NCBI GenBank assembly: GCA_964601085.1
Contig: CAZRLN010000001.1
Coordinates: 19,166-83,165, forward strand
From: an uncultured Veillonellaceae bacterium
GTDB lineage: Bacteria > Bacillota > Negativicutes > UBA1444
Reading direction: 5' to 3'
Length of the DNA stretch: 64,000 bases
Part shown: positions 28,207-38,167 of the stretch, piece after piece
How the letters are laid out: every line of letters starts with the position of its first letter
How positions within the stretch are numbered: position 1 is the stretch's first letter
The notes under the pieces: generated by a model
What the model was told of the DNA's origin: nothing
The model's database searches: none
What the model saw: only the letters and a program-made list of their open reading frames with translations
Program-made: the position numbers and the translations under genes

Positions 28207-30105
28207 TTGAAAGGTTATTTGGAAACCCTTCACTTGCCTGACGAACTCGCCAAGCTTTCCTTCGAAGAGATGGCGGGCCTGGCTGAGGAAATCCGCGATG
28301 TGATGATTCAGACGGTTTCCCGTACTGGCGGTCATTTGGCTTCCAATCTGGGGGTTGTTGAACTGACCTTGGCGTTGCACAAAGTGTTTGACACGCCCCG
28401 GGACCGTATTGTATTCGATGTCGGCCATCAATCCTATGTGCACAAAATTTTGACCGGCCGCCTTGATCGATTCGGCACTCTGCGGACATACAAAGGAATC
28501 TGCGGGTTTCCCCGGCGGGATGAAAGCGTGCATGACGCGTTCGGGGCCGGTCACTCCAGCACTTCCGTCTCAGCGGCGCTCGGAATCGCGTTGGCGCGGG
28601 ATATGCGCGGCGAGAAACACAAGGTGGTCGCCGTCATCGGCGATGGTTCCCTGACGGGCGGGTTGGCGTTTGAAGGCTTGAATCACGCCGGGCATTTGAA
28701 ACGGGATCTTATCGTGGTTTTAAACGACAATGAGATGTCCATCAGCAAAAATGTCGGCGCCGTTTCACATTATCTGGCGAAAATGCGACTGACACCCACG
28801 TATTCCTGGGCGAAACACAATATTGAATTTTTTCTGCGTCGGATTCCAGCCATCGGCGACAGTGTGGCGAACACGGCGGAGCGGATGAAAGACAGCGTGA
28901 AGTATTTGCTGGTTCCCGGGATGTTTTTCGAGGAATTGGGATTTACCTATCTGGGTCCAATCGACGGGCATGATTTGCCGTTGCTCGTCGAGGTGATGGA
29001 AAAGGCGAAAAGCATGCGGACGCCGGTTCTGGTGCATGTATTGACTCAGAAGGGCAAAGGATATCCGCCGGCGGAATGTCAGGCGGATAAGTTTCACGGC
29101 GTCGGGCCGTTTTGCATCGAATCCGGAAAAGTGCTCAAAGGTGTGCAAGCGCCAACCTATACTTCCGTGTTTGGCGACGCCATGGTGGAAATCGCGGCAA
29201 GCAATCCCGATGTGGTGGGCATCACGGCGGCAATGTCGGGCGGTACGGGACTGGATGGATTTGCCGCGAAATATCCGGACCGTTTTTTTGATGTCGGCAT
29301 TGCCGAGCAGCACGCCGTTACGATGGCGGCCGGGCTGGCCTCCCAGGGCAAACGGCCGGTTGTTGCGGTGTATTCCACGTTTTCACAACGGGCCTATGAT
29401 AGCCTGATTCATGATGTGTGTCTGCAAAACCTGCCGGTCATTCTGGCGTTGGACCGGGCTGGACTGGTAGGGGAAGACGGCCCGACGCATCATGGCGCGT
29501 TTGACTTGTCTTTCTCGCGACTGATTCCCAATCTTACGATCATGGCCCCCAAAGATGAAGCGGAATTGCGGGATATGCTGCATACTGCGCTGTCCATCAA
29601 CGGTCCGGTGTTGATCCGCTATCCGCGCGGACGCAGCGACGGGTTTACCATGCCGGAACAACCGACTTTGCTGCCGGTCGGCCAGGGTGAATGGCTGCGG
29701 CAAGGCGGTGAAGTCGTATTTTGCGCGGTAGGCGCCATGGTTCAGGTGGCGCTGAAGGTGGCAGATATTCTCAAAACAAACGGAATTTCTTCAGGTGTGG
29801 TGAATGCCCGTTTCATCAAACCGATCGACGAGGAGCTGCTCTGCAAGATTGCCCAGCAGGCCCGATACATTGTAACTCTGGAGGAAAACTGTTTAATCGG
29901 CGGTTTTGGCTCCGCCGTAATGGAAACGTTGAATTCGGCCGGCATTGCGGCCCCGCGAATTCTTCGTCTCGGCTTGCCGGACCGTTTCATCGAGCAGGGA
30001 TCCCGGGAAGAACTGTTGGAGTGCTTGGGACTCGATCCTATCAGCATTGCCGAAAAAGTGCGAAATTTTATCGGAGTGGATTCTCATGCCAACCCATCGG
30101 CTTGA
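28207..30105 (+). CDS. dxs: 1-deoxy-D-xylulose-5-phosphate synthase
   Basis: TPP-binding GHxSTS and GDGxxxxG motifs with a transketolase-like C-terminus. TTG start at 28207 with RBS AAAGGAG. The ORF-track start at 28162 is an over-extension. Confidence 0.95.
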   Translation: MKGYLETLHLPDELAKLSFEEMAGLAEEIRDVMIQTVSRTGGHLASNLGVVELTLALHKVFDTPRDRIVFDVGHQSYVHKILTGRLDRFGTLRTYKGICGFPRRDESVHDAFGAGHSSTSVSAALGIALARDMRGEKHKVVAVIGDGSLTGGLAFEGLNHAGHLKRDLIVVLNDNEMSISKNVGAVSHYLAKMRLTPTYSWAKHNIEFFLRRIPAIGDSVANTAERMKDSVKYLLVPGMFFEELGFTYLGPIDGHDLPLLVEVMEKAKSMRTPVLVHVLTQKGKGYPPAECQADKFHGVGPFCIESGKVLKGVQAPTYTSVFGDAMVEIAASNPDVVGITAAMSGGTGLDGFAAKYPDRFFDVGIAEQHAVTMAAGLASQGKRPVVAVYSTFSQRAYDSLIHDVCLQNLPVILALDRAGLVGEDGPTHHGAFDLSFSRLIPNLTIMAPKDEAELRDMLHTALSINGPVLIRYPRGRSDGFTMPEQPTLLPVGQGEWLRQGGEVVFCAVGAMVQVALKVADILKTNGISSGVVNARFIKPIDEELLCKIAQQARYIVTLEENCLIGGFGSAVMETLNSAGIAAPRILRLGLPDRFIEQGSREELLECLGLDPISIAEKVRNFIGVDSHANPSA

Positions 30106-30901
30106 CGCGCTGGTCGTTCAAAAAGGCCTGGCGACAGGCCGGGATCAGGCGAAAGCCTATATTCTGGCCGGCCAGATTACGGTGAACGGGCAACGGGTCG
30201 ACAAGGCTGGCGCCATGGTCGAGGAGACCGCTGAATTGGCGTTTACCGGCCATGCCAATCCCTATGTCAGCCGCGGCGGACTGAAACTGATCAAGGCGCT
30301 GGAAGCCTTTAAGATCGATCTTGCCGGAAAACGGGTGCTGGATTTGGGAGCTTCCACCGGTGGATTTACCGATTGCGCACTGCAGCGGGGCGCCTGTCAT
30401 GTTGTCGCCGTTGACGTGGGATACGGTCAATTGGCCTGGTCACTGCGAAATGATTCGCGGGTAACGGTGCTGGAGCGGACCAATGCCCGCTATCTGAAGT
30501 CTGGATTGGTCGGCGAGGCGGTCGATTTTATCAGCGCCGATCTTTCTTTTATTTCCCTGACCAAGATCATTCCGGTTCTGCCGTCGTTGCTTAAGCCGGG
30601 AGGAGAACTGGTGCTGCTGGTGAAACCGCAGTTTGAAGCCGGCCGGGAACAGGTCGGCAAAAAAGGCGTGGTGAAAGATCCTGCCGTTCACATCGAGGTG
30701 ATCGCGCGGGTGGCCGATTGCGCCCGGGATCACGGCCTGATCCCGATTAATCTTGATTTTTCGCCGATAACCGGGCCGGAAGGAAATATCGAATATTTGC
30801 TGCATTTGTCGTTGGCGGCCGAGGCGGCAGCCGATTTTTCGACGCAGATCGCCCAAACCGTTGCGAAAGCCCATCAAAGTCTTCAACCGGTTCGGAGGTA
30901 G
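30086..30901 (+). CDS. tlyA: TlyA-family rRNA 2'-O-methyltransferase (hemolysin A-like)
   Basis: MPTHRLDALVVQKGLA S4 domain followed by an FtsJ-like MTase with GASTGGFTD. Confidence 0.85.
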   Translation: MPTHRLDALVVQKGLATGRDQAKAYILAGQITVNGQRVDKAGAMVEETAELAFTGHANPYVSRGGLKLIKALEAFKIDLAGKRVLDLGASTGGFTDCALQRGACHVVAVDVGYGQLAWSLRNDSRVTVLERTNARYLKSGLVGEAVDFISADLSFISLTKIIPVLPSLLKPGGELVLLVKPQFEAGREQVGKKGVVKDPAVHIEVIARVADCARDHGLIPINLDFSPITGPEGNIEYLLHLSLAAEAAADFSTQIAQTVAKAHQSLQPVRR

Positions 30902-30908
30902 CATTTTG

Positions 30909-31775
30909 TTGACTGTTGGCTTGTTTCCCAATACAAAAAAGCAGGGAGTGGCGACCGTTCTTGAATGGTTGATCCATTATTTACAGGAACAGAACGTTAC
31001 GGTTCGAATGCCGGAAGAAGCCGCCAAAATCATGGACCATCCGGAATTGGGCCGAAGCCGGGAGGAATTGGGCGCTGAACTGACCGTGGCCATGACTCTG
31101 GGCGGTGACGGAACGTTGCTGTGTACGGCGCGGGAGGTAGCTCCGTTCGGGGTGGCGGTATGTGGAATCAACATGGGGCAACTGGGCTTCTTGACGGAAA
31201 TTGAACTGGCCGAGTTGGCGCCTTCCATGGAACGGCTGGTCCGCGGCGAATATTCCATCGAGGAACGTCCCATGCTGGAAGCGGTGGTAGACCGGCCGGA
31301 GGGAGCGATCGTAGCTTCCTCTGCCCTGAACGACGTGGTGATTGCCAAAGGCGGTTTTTCCCGGATGATCCGGTTGAAACTATATATCGGCGATTGTCTG
31401 ACCGCCAACTACCCGGCGGATGGATTGATTGTCGCGACCGCAACCGGCTCCACGGGGTATTCCCTGTCCGCCGGCGGACCCATCGTCAGTCCCAACCTGC
31501 CGGTGACCATCATTACGCCGATTTGTCCGCACAGTCTAAATACTCGGTCGCTGGTTGTGTCGGACACGGAGGAGATTCGGATTGAAACGCTGGCCACCCA
31601 TGAAGATATCGTCTTGACAGTCGATGGACAGACACTGCACAACCTTCGTTCCGGCGACCGGATTTTCGTGCGGCGGTCGCCATTTCAAGCCCGGTTTTTA
31701 AAACTTAAGGGCAGCAGTTTTTATGAAGGACTTCGAACGAAACTTCGCCGCAGTGATCCCGATGATCCCGCGTAA
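30909..31775 (+). CDS. nadK: NAD kinase
   Basis: GGDGT motif and NDVVI...DGLIVATATGSTGYSLSAGGPI motif. TTG start after RBS GGAGGTA. Confidence 0.85.
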   Translation: MTVGLFPNTKKQGVATVLEWLIHYLQEQNVTVRMPEEAAKIMDHPELGRSREELGAELTVAMTLGGDGTLLCTAREVAPFGVAVCGINMGQLGFLTEIELAELAPSMERLVRGEYSIEERPMLEAVVDRPEGAIVASSALNDVVIAKGGFSRMIRLKLYIGDCLTANYPADGLIVATATGSTGYSLSAGGPIVSPNLPVTIITPICPHSLNTRSLVVSDTEEIRIETLATHEDIVLTVDGQTLHNLRSGDRIFVRRSPFQARFLKLKGSSFYEGLRTKLRRSDPDDPA

Positions 31776-32400
31776 TGCGGTGGAAGCCTCCCGGCTTTTT
31801 TTGGCGCCCGTGTTGGCCGATGCGGCGTGCGTAGTCGATGCGACGGCCGGAAACGGGCATGATTCCTTGTTCTTGTGTAAGCAGACAAAACCGGAATGCC
31901 GGGTTTGGGCGTTTGACATTCAGGCGGCTGCCGCCGCCGCCTGCGGCAAACTGCTGGCCCAGCACGGTTTTGCTGATAAAGTGCGGCTGATTCAGGCCGA
32001 TCACGCGCTGTTGCGGGAGGTTATCCGGGAGCCGGTGGATGCCGCGATATTCAACCTCGGCTATTTGCCGGGGCACGATCATGCGGTGACTACCCGCGTG
32101 GAATCTTTGGCGCCGGCGCTGGATTCGTTGCGCGATTTATTGGCGCCGGGCGGTCGGATCGCTCTTGTGGCCTACCCCGGACACTCGCCGGGCCGGTTGG
32201 AGATGGAGTTTTTGGAAGAATATTTGCCCCGGTGGTCCCAGCAGGTTTTTACCATCAGTCGTCTCAGCTTCATCAATCAGAAAAATTATCCGGCAGTCCT
32301 CTATTCTATTGGTAAAACAGGGAGGAAACAGCATGAAAACACATCGCCAGACCAGAGTAAAGGAAATCGTGGAGCGACTGGTGATCCGAACCCAGGATGA
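31762..32400 (+). CDS. class I SAM-dependent methyltransferase (YtqB-like putative rRNA methylase)
   Basis: SAM motif VVDATAGNGHDS...FDIQ. Start uncertain (31723 or 31762). The 3' end overlaps argR by 68 nt. Confidence 0.6.
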   Translation: MIPRNAVEASRLFLAPVLADAACVVDATAGNGHDSLFLCKQTKPECRVWAFDIQAAAAAACGKLLAQHGFADKVRLIQADHALLREVIREPVDAAIFNLGYLPGHDHAVTTRVESLAPALDSLRDLLAPGGRIALVAYPGHSPGRLEMEFLEEYLPRWSQQVFTISRLSFINQKNYPAVLYSIGKTGRKQHENTSPDQSKGNRGATGDPNPG

Positions 32401-32782
32401 ACTGGCCGATGCTCTGCGCAACGAAGGAATTGATGTGACGCAGGCCACGGTATCGCGTGATATCAAAGAATTGATGCTGGTCAAAGTACCAACGGGGGAC
32501 GGCAGTTATCGGTACGCTTTTCCGGCGGAACGCAACGTCACGGTCTCGGTGGCCCGGCTCGAAAAAACGTTTCAGGATTCAGTTCTGTCCATGGATAGCA
32601 GCGGCAATATCATCGTGTTGCGAACCTTGCCCGGTACCGCCCAGGCCGTGGCTTACGTTCTGGATAATGTCCGTTGGCCGGAAATTATCGGCACGGTGGC
32701 CGGCGATGATACGATATTCCTTGTCGTGAAACCGGAAAGTGCGGTTGAGCACGTGAAAGAACGCATGGAATCCATTATGTAG
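32333..32782 (+). CDS. argR: arginine repressor
   Basis: MKTHRQTRVKEIV...QATVSRDIKEL winged-helix domain and an ArgR C-terminal oligomerisation domain ending GTVAGDDTIF. RBS GGAGGAAACA. Confidence 0.9.
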   Translation: MKTHRQTRVKEIVERLVIRTQDELADALRNEGIDVTQATVSRDIKELMLVKVPTGDGSYRYAFPAERNVTVSVARLEKTFQDSVLSMDSSGNIIVLRTLPGTAQAVAYVLDNVRWPEIIGTVAGDDTIFLVVKPESAVEHVKERMESIM

Positions 32783-32793
32783 AGGCGATTCAT

Positions 32794-34500
32794 TTGCTGC
32801 AGGTACTCAAAGTTTTTAATTTTGCGTTGATCGAACAGGCGGAAATCGAATTTTCCGGCGGCTTTAATGTGCTGACGGGGGAAACCGGCGCTGGCAAATC
32901 GATTGTGATCGATGCGTTGAGCGTGGTGCTGGGGGGGCGATCCTCCCTGGATATGATCCGCAGCGGCTGCGAGCAGTATCGGGTGGAAGCGGTGTTTAGC
33001 CTGCAAAATCATCCGGCGGTGTTGTCTTTGTTAGCGGATCAGGCCATTCCGATGGAAGAGGACGGCGCCCTGTTTATAAGCCGGACGGTGTCCCGCCAGG
33101 GGAAAAACACGCTGTTGCTGAATGGAACCCATGCGCCGTTGTCGTTGTTGCGGATGGTTGGCGACCTATTGCTGGATATGCATGGCCAACACGAAAATCA
33201 GGCGTTGCTTCGCCCCGAGTCGTACCTGGCTTTATTGGATGGCTTCGACCCGCAGTTGGAAGCCTTGCTTGGCGCTTACCGGAAAATCTATGAACGCTGG
33301 CGGCAGATCCGTGAGAAAATTGCGACCGTCGATAAAGACGAGCGGCAAAGGGCCCAGCGGCTGGACATGTTGCGATGGCAGCTGGACGAAATCGAAGCAG
33401 CCCGGTTGAGGGAACAGGAAGAAGCGGAATTGACCCGACAAATCGCTTTGTTGACGAATGCGGAAAAAATCGGCGCCGCAGTGGGCAATGCGTGGGCCGC
33501 TCTCGCCGATGGCGGGCGTCAGGGAAAAAGCGTGACGGATATCCTGCAAGAGTGCCGACGGAATTTGGAGAGCGCCGTCCGTTATGATGAAGAGTTGTCC
33601 GTCTATGCGCAGCAGTTTTCGGAAGTTTTGATTTTGCTCGAGGATATAAAGCCGGGGCTGCGGGATTATCTGGACCGGATCGAGCCGGACCCGGCCCGGT
33701 TGTCCAAACTGCAGGAACGGATGGATCTGATTTATCGGCTACGGCAAAAATATGGCGCTTCGGTGGCGGACGTTCTGGCGTACGCCGCGCAATCACGAAC
33801 GGAACTGGAAAGCCTGGAGCGACACGATGAATTGCTGGCGGCATTGCAGCAACAATTGCAACAGCAGGAGACTGAACTGGCGCAGGCTGCGGAGGATTTG
33901 GGCAAGCGGCGGCTACAAGCCGCCACTGAAATGAGCCGGGCGATCGAAGCCCAGCTTAGGGACTTGGGGATGCCGGGCGGCCGCTTCAAGATCCAGGTAA
34001 CTTCGGGGCAGGACTACACTCCGCATGGGCGGGACCAGGTCCGATTCGAGTTTTCCGCCAATCCGGGCGAAGAACTGCGATTGTTGTCCAAAGTCGCTTC
34101 CGGCGGGGAACTGTCCCGGGTTGCCTTGGCGATTAAAACGGTCTGCTCCCGGAATGCGGGGGCCCAAGTCATGGTGTTCGACGAAATCGATTCCGGGGTG
34201 GGCGGGCAAACGGCGCGCAAGGTTGCGGAGAAAATCGCCCAGGTGGCAGCACGAAAACAGGTGCTGTGCATTACGCATCTGCCACAGATCGCTTCCATGG
34301 CGGATTGCCATATCCATATCGAAAAGAAGCTGATGGAAGACCGGACGCAGACCTTCGTGCTAAAACTGTCCGCCGAAGAACGGTTGGCGGAATTGGCCCG
34401 AATGATCGGCGGCGAACCAATTTCCAGGGCCGGCCTGGATAATGCCGCCGAGATGGTCCGAATGGCGGCGGCAATGAAAATTGGCCTGTCCACGCCATAA
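32794..34500 (+). CDS. recN: DNA repair protein RecN
   Basis: 568 aa SMC-like protein with Walker A GETGAGKS and coiled coils. TTG start. Confidence 0.95.
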   Translation: MLQVLKVFNFALIEQAEIEFSGGFNVLTGETGAGKSIVIDALSVVLGGRSSLDMIRSGCEQYRVEAVFSLQNHPAVLSLLADQAIPMEEDGALFISRTVSRQGKNTLLLNGTHAPLSLLRMVGDLLLDMHGQHENQALLRPESYLALLDGFDPQLEALLGAYRKIYERWRQIREKIATVDKDERQRAQRLDMLRWQLDEIEAARLREQEEAELTRQIALLTNAEKIGAAVGNAWAALADGGRQGKSVTDILQECRRNLESAVRYDEELSVYAQQFSEVLILLEDIKPGLRDYLDRIEPDPARLSKLQERMDLIYRLRQKYGASVADVLAYAAQSRTELESLERHDELLAALQQQLQQQETELAQAAEDLGKRRLQAATEMSRAIEAQLRDLGMPGGRFKIQVTSGQDYTPHGRDQVRFEFSANPGEELRLLSKVASGGELSRVALAIKTVCSRNAGAQVMVFDEIDSGVGGQTARKVAEKIAQVAARKQVLCITHLPQIASMADCHIHIEKKLMEDRTQTFVLKLSAEERLAELARMIGGEPISRAGLDNAAEMVRMAAAMKIGLSTP

Positions 34501-34567
34501 GCCTCTCCAGCCGACCTGTTCTTGAGCTTTTTCACAGGGATAAAACACAATGAAAAGAGGCAGGAAC

Positions 34568-35641
34568 ATGAAGAAAAAATATCGCGTTCTGGCGATCAAT
34601 CCAGGATCCACTTCTACGAAAATAGCAGTATACGAAGAAGAAACCAGCCTGTTCGAAGAAACGATCCGGCACAGCGCCGAGGAACTGGCGGGTTTTGCCG
34701 ATATCTACGCCCAGTATGACTTTCGGCGGGAAATGGTGGAGCAGGCCTTGGCGAAACACAATTTCTCCGTTGCCGATCTGCATGCGGTTGTCGGCCGGGG
34801 CGGGGCGCTGAAACCGATTTCCGGCGGAACGTATGCCGTGAATGAAGCCATGGTGGATGATCTTCACCACCGGGTGCAGGTTCACCATGCTTCCAACCTG
34901 GGCGGGCTGATTGCGCTGGGGATTGCCGAGCCCCATGGATTGCCGTCGTTTATCGTCGATCCGGTCTGTGTGGATGAAATGGAACCGATTGCCCGGATCA
35001 GCGGCTGGCCGGAAATGCCCCGGCGCAGTATTTTTCATGCGCTGAACCTGAAGGCTACCGCCCGTCGCGCCGCCCATGAACTGGGCAAACCGGTCGAAGA
35101 TGTGACGTTGGTCATGGGACATTTGGGCGGGGGAATTTCTTTCACCGTGCAGCAGAACGGACGGATGATCGATGTCATCAACCCGATGGACGGCGGGGCC
35201 CTGTCGCCGGAGCGGGCCGGCTATTTGCCGCTCAGCCCCTTGGTTGAACTCTGTTATTCCGGACGCTACACATTCAAAGAGCTGATGCGGAAGATGGTTG
35301 GCCAGGGCGGCTTGATCGCCCATCTGGGGACCGGCGACGCCCGTGAAGTGGAACACCGGATTGATGCGGGCGACGAACAGGCGGCGTTGGTCTATCAGGC
35401 AATGGCTTATCAGATCGCCAAGGAACTGGCGGCAATGACTGTGGTGGTCAATGGCCGTTTTGACGCGATTGTTCTGACCGGGGGATTGGCGTATTCCCGA
35501 CGGCTCGTGGAAATGATCCGGGAACGGGTCGAGTTTTTGGGACAAGTTCTGGTATATCCGGGCGAAGACGAGTTGCTGGCCCTGGCCCAGGGAGCGCTGC
35601 GGGTGCTGCATGGAGAAGAAAAGGCGAAAGTATATGAATAG
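34568..35641 (+). CDS. buk: butyrate kinase (acetate/propionate kinase family)
   Basis: MKKKYRVLAINPGSTSTKIAVYEE N-terminus is typical of Buk. Confidence 0.85.
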   Translation: MKKKYRVLAINPGSTSTKIAVYEEETSLFEETIRHSAEELAGFADIYAQYDFRREMVEQALAKHNFSVADLHAVVGRGGALKPISGGTYAVNEAMVDDLHHRVQVHHASNLGGLIALGIAEPHGLPSFIVDPVCVDEMEPIARISGWPEMPRRSIFHALNLKATARRAAHELGKPVEDVTLVMGHLGGGISFTVQQNGRMIDVINPMDGGALSPERAGYLPLSPLVELCYSGRYTFKELMRKMVGQGGLIAHLGTGDAREVEHRIDAGDEQAALVYQAMAYQIAKELAAMTVVVNGRFDAIVLTGGLAYSRRLVEMIRERVEFLGQVLVYPGEDELLALAQGALRVLHGEEKAKVYE

Positions 35642-35652
35642 AGGCTTGCAAA

Positions 35653-36351
35653 ATGGAATTTGATTTAGGCGTGTTCCGTCATGATGAGGAAACAAGGCCC
35701 CGGATTAAGGTTCTGGTGGGCGAGTTTGGCAGCGGCAAAACGGAACTGGCGGTAAATTTGGCGACTTATCTGCAAAAGTCGGGTCTGACGACAGCGGTCG
35801 TCGATATGGATCTGGCCAAACCCTATTTTCGGACCCGGGAGCACCGACAACGGCTGGAAGCGGATGGCGTAACCGTGGTCATGCAGCAGGCAGGCCTGGC
35901 CCATGCGGATCTGCCGATCATGCCGCAGGGATTGACACGGGTTCTGTACAGTCCGGAATATCGGGTGGTGATCGATGTCGGTGGAGCGAAAGCGGCGATT
36001 GTTCTGGGGCAGGTTCGGGAACAAATCCGGGAAAATGGCTGCGAAGTCTTGATGGTAATCAATGTTTGCCGGCCGTTTTCGCGTAACGCTACCGAAATTG
36101 TCGATGCCATGCGGAATGTGGAGATGGCTTCCGGCCTAGCCATAACGGGGCTGGTGAGCAATACGAATCTGGGCGCCGCGACGACGCTGCAGCATGTGGA
36201 GTCCGGGGCGCAGGTGGTTCGCCAAGTCTCGGAAACGACGGGTCTGCCGTTGCGCTGGCTGGTGGCGCCGTCCTGGCTGGCCGGGCAAGTTCGGGACACC
36301 GCGCCGATATTGCCGCTGTATCCCCGGACTACCTATCCGTGGGATGAATAA
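35653..36351 (+). CDS. P-loop NTPase of unknown function
   Basis: Walker A GEFGSGKTE near the N-terminus and a possible Walker B VVIDVGG. No confident family assignment. It lies 12 nt downstream of buk. Confidence 0.5.
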   Translation: MEFDLGVFRHDEETRPRIKVLVGEFGSGKTELAVNLATYLQKSGLTTAVVDMDLAKPYFRTREHRQRLEADGVTVVMQQAGLAHADLPIMPQGLTRVLYSPEYRVVIDVGGAKAAIVLGQVREQIRENGCEVLMVINVCRPFSRNATEIVDAMRNVEMASGLAITGLVSNTNLGAATTLQHVESGAQVVRQVSETTGLPLRWLVAPSWLAGQVRDTAPILPLYPRTTYPWDE

Positions 36352-36435
36352 TGAATAAGGAACATATCCGGCAATGGCCCTGACAGGGGCCATTTTGCTG
36401 CGGAGAAACAAGTTCGGGTTTAAGGAGACGGTTGT

Positions 36436-36972
36436 ATGGACGAGCATTTGATCGAAACGTTTGTTTCCACCGAAAAAATTTATTCCGGTAAGGTCGTGAA
36501 TTTGCGCCGGGATATCGTGTGTTTGCCCAACGGCAAGGAAGCCTCCCGGGAGGTCGTGGAACATCCGGGGGCTGTCGCCATCGTGCCGGTGCTGGCGGAT
36601 GGCAGAATCTTGATGGTTCGGCAGTTTCGACATCCAATCGGCCGGGTGCTGCTGGAGATTCCGGCCGGTAAGCTGGATGCGGGCGAAAATCCGGATGAAT
36701 GCGCTGCCCGCGAACTGGAAGAGGAAACCGGCTACCGGGCCAAGGTTTTGGAACAGCGCGCTTCGATTTTTACCGGTCCGGGTTTTACCGACGAAGTGAT
36801 TCATTTGTATCTGGCGCGGGACTTATATAAAACTTTGGCCAACCCGGATGACGATGAATTTTTGGAAGTTGGCGCCTATGCGCCGGGAGATATCCGACGC
36901 ATGGTCAGCGAAGGAATGATCTGCGACGCCAAAACAATTTCCGGGTTGTATCTGCTTCAGGCTGAAAAATGA
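36436..36972 (+). CDS. NUDIX hydrolase (ADP-ribose pyrophosphatase-like)
   Basis: Nudix box GKLDAGENPDECAARELEEETG. Confidence 0.8.
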   Translation: MDEHLIETFVSTEKIYSGKVVNLRRDIVCLPNGKEASREVVEHPGAVAIVPVLADGRILMVRQFRHPIGRVLLEIPAGKLDAGENPDECAARELEEETGYRAKVLEQRASIFTGPGFTDEVIHLYLARDLYKTLANPDDDEFLEVGAYAPGDIRRMVSEGMICDAKTISGLYLLQAEK

Positions 36973-38153
36973 ATCATTATTACGCCGATTTTCACATCCA
37001 TGTCGGAATCAGTGAATCCGGTCGCTGGGTGAAGATCCCCACATCCCGCCGCCTGACTGTCCGGACGATTCTGGAGACCGCGCTGCGGCGCAAGGGGATC
37101 GAAATTGTCGGAGTCGTCGATGCGCTGTCGCCCTGGGTGCAGGAAGACATCCAGCGCCTGGTGGATGAAGGCGGTCTGGTGCTGCAAAGCGGCGGCGGCT
37201 ATTTGTATCACAACGGAGTTTCCCTGATTCTTGGCGCTGAGATTGAGACTTGCGAGGAAGGCGGTGGCATGTGCCATTCGCTTTCCTATCTGCCGGATTT
37301 GGACTCCATGCGGGAATTTTCCCGGGAAATGTCGGGATACATCCGAAATATCGGCTTGAGTTCGCAAAACGCCCATTTGCCGTTTCGCCGCCTGGTGGAG
37401 ATTGCTGCGGCGCATGAAGCGCTGTTTGTGCCGGCGCATGCGTTTACCCCGCACAAAAGTTTGTTCGGTTCCTGCACCGATTCCTTGGCTGCAGTGCTGC
37501 CAACGGCGCTGCGATCCTGCATTGCCGCCGTTGAGCTGGGCTTGTCGGCGGATACGGCGATGGCCGATCGCATCAATGACCTGTGGGGCTTCGAGTACCT
37601 CACGAATTCGGATGCGCATTCTCCGGATAAGATCGGCCGGGAATATAACCGGATGGTTCTGGAGGCTTCTTCGTTTGCGGAATGCGCTCTGGCCTTCCGG
37701 CGGCGGCAGGGACGCTGCATCGCCGAAAATTACGGAATGGATCCCCGACTGGGGAAATACCACCATAATTGCTGCGATCACTGCGGTCTGGTCTATGACG
37801 GCAGTGATACAGCGGGAATTTGTCCGGACTGCGGCGGCGCCAAACTGGTAAAAGGCGTTTCCGAGCGGATCGGGGAGCTGGCCGATTTGCCGCCAGGCGC
37901 CCATCCCTCAACCCGGCCGGTCTATCATTACCATGTGCCGCTGCCGATGCTGCCTGGCTTGGGCGGAAAAACACTCGACAAGTTAGTGGCCGAACTGGGA
38001 ACGGAAATGGAACTGATTCATCAAGTTCCCTTGACGGAAATACATCGGGTAGGCGGAACGCGGGCGGCCCGGGCTTTTTCCGCCGTGCGTAGCGGCAGTG
38101 CAACCGTTCAGAGCGGCGGTGGCGGGATCTACGGACGAATCCGCCTTGATTGA
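36969..38153 (+). CDS. endonuclease Q-like PHP-domain protein (TIGR00375 family)
   Basis: ADFHIHVGIS PHP N-terminus and a C-terminal Zn finger CCDHCG...CPDCGG. Confidence 0.7.
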   Translation: MNHYYADFHIHVGISESGRWVKIPTSRRLTVRTILETALRRKGIEIVGVVDALSPWVQEDIQRLVDEGGLVLQSGGGYLYHNGVSLILGAEIETCEEGGGMCHSLSYLPDLDSMREFSREMSGYIRNIGLSSQNAHLPFRRLVEIAAAHEALFVPAHAFTPHKSLFGSCTDSLAAVLPTALRSCIAAVELGLSADTAMADRINDLWGFEYLTNSDAHSPDKIGREYNRMVLEASSFAECALAFRRRQGRCIAENYGMDPRLGKYHHNCCDHCGLVYDGSDTAGICPDCGGAKLVKGVSERIGELADLPPGAHPSTRPVYHYHVPLPMLPGLGGKTLDKLVAELGTEMELIHQVPLTEIHRVGGTRAARAFSAVRSGSATVQSGGGGIYGRIRLD

Positions 38154-38167
38154 CAGGAGTACGGCGT

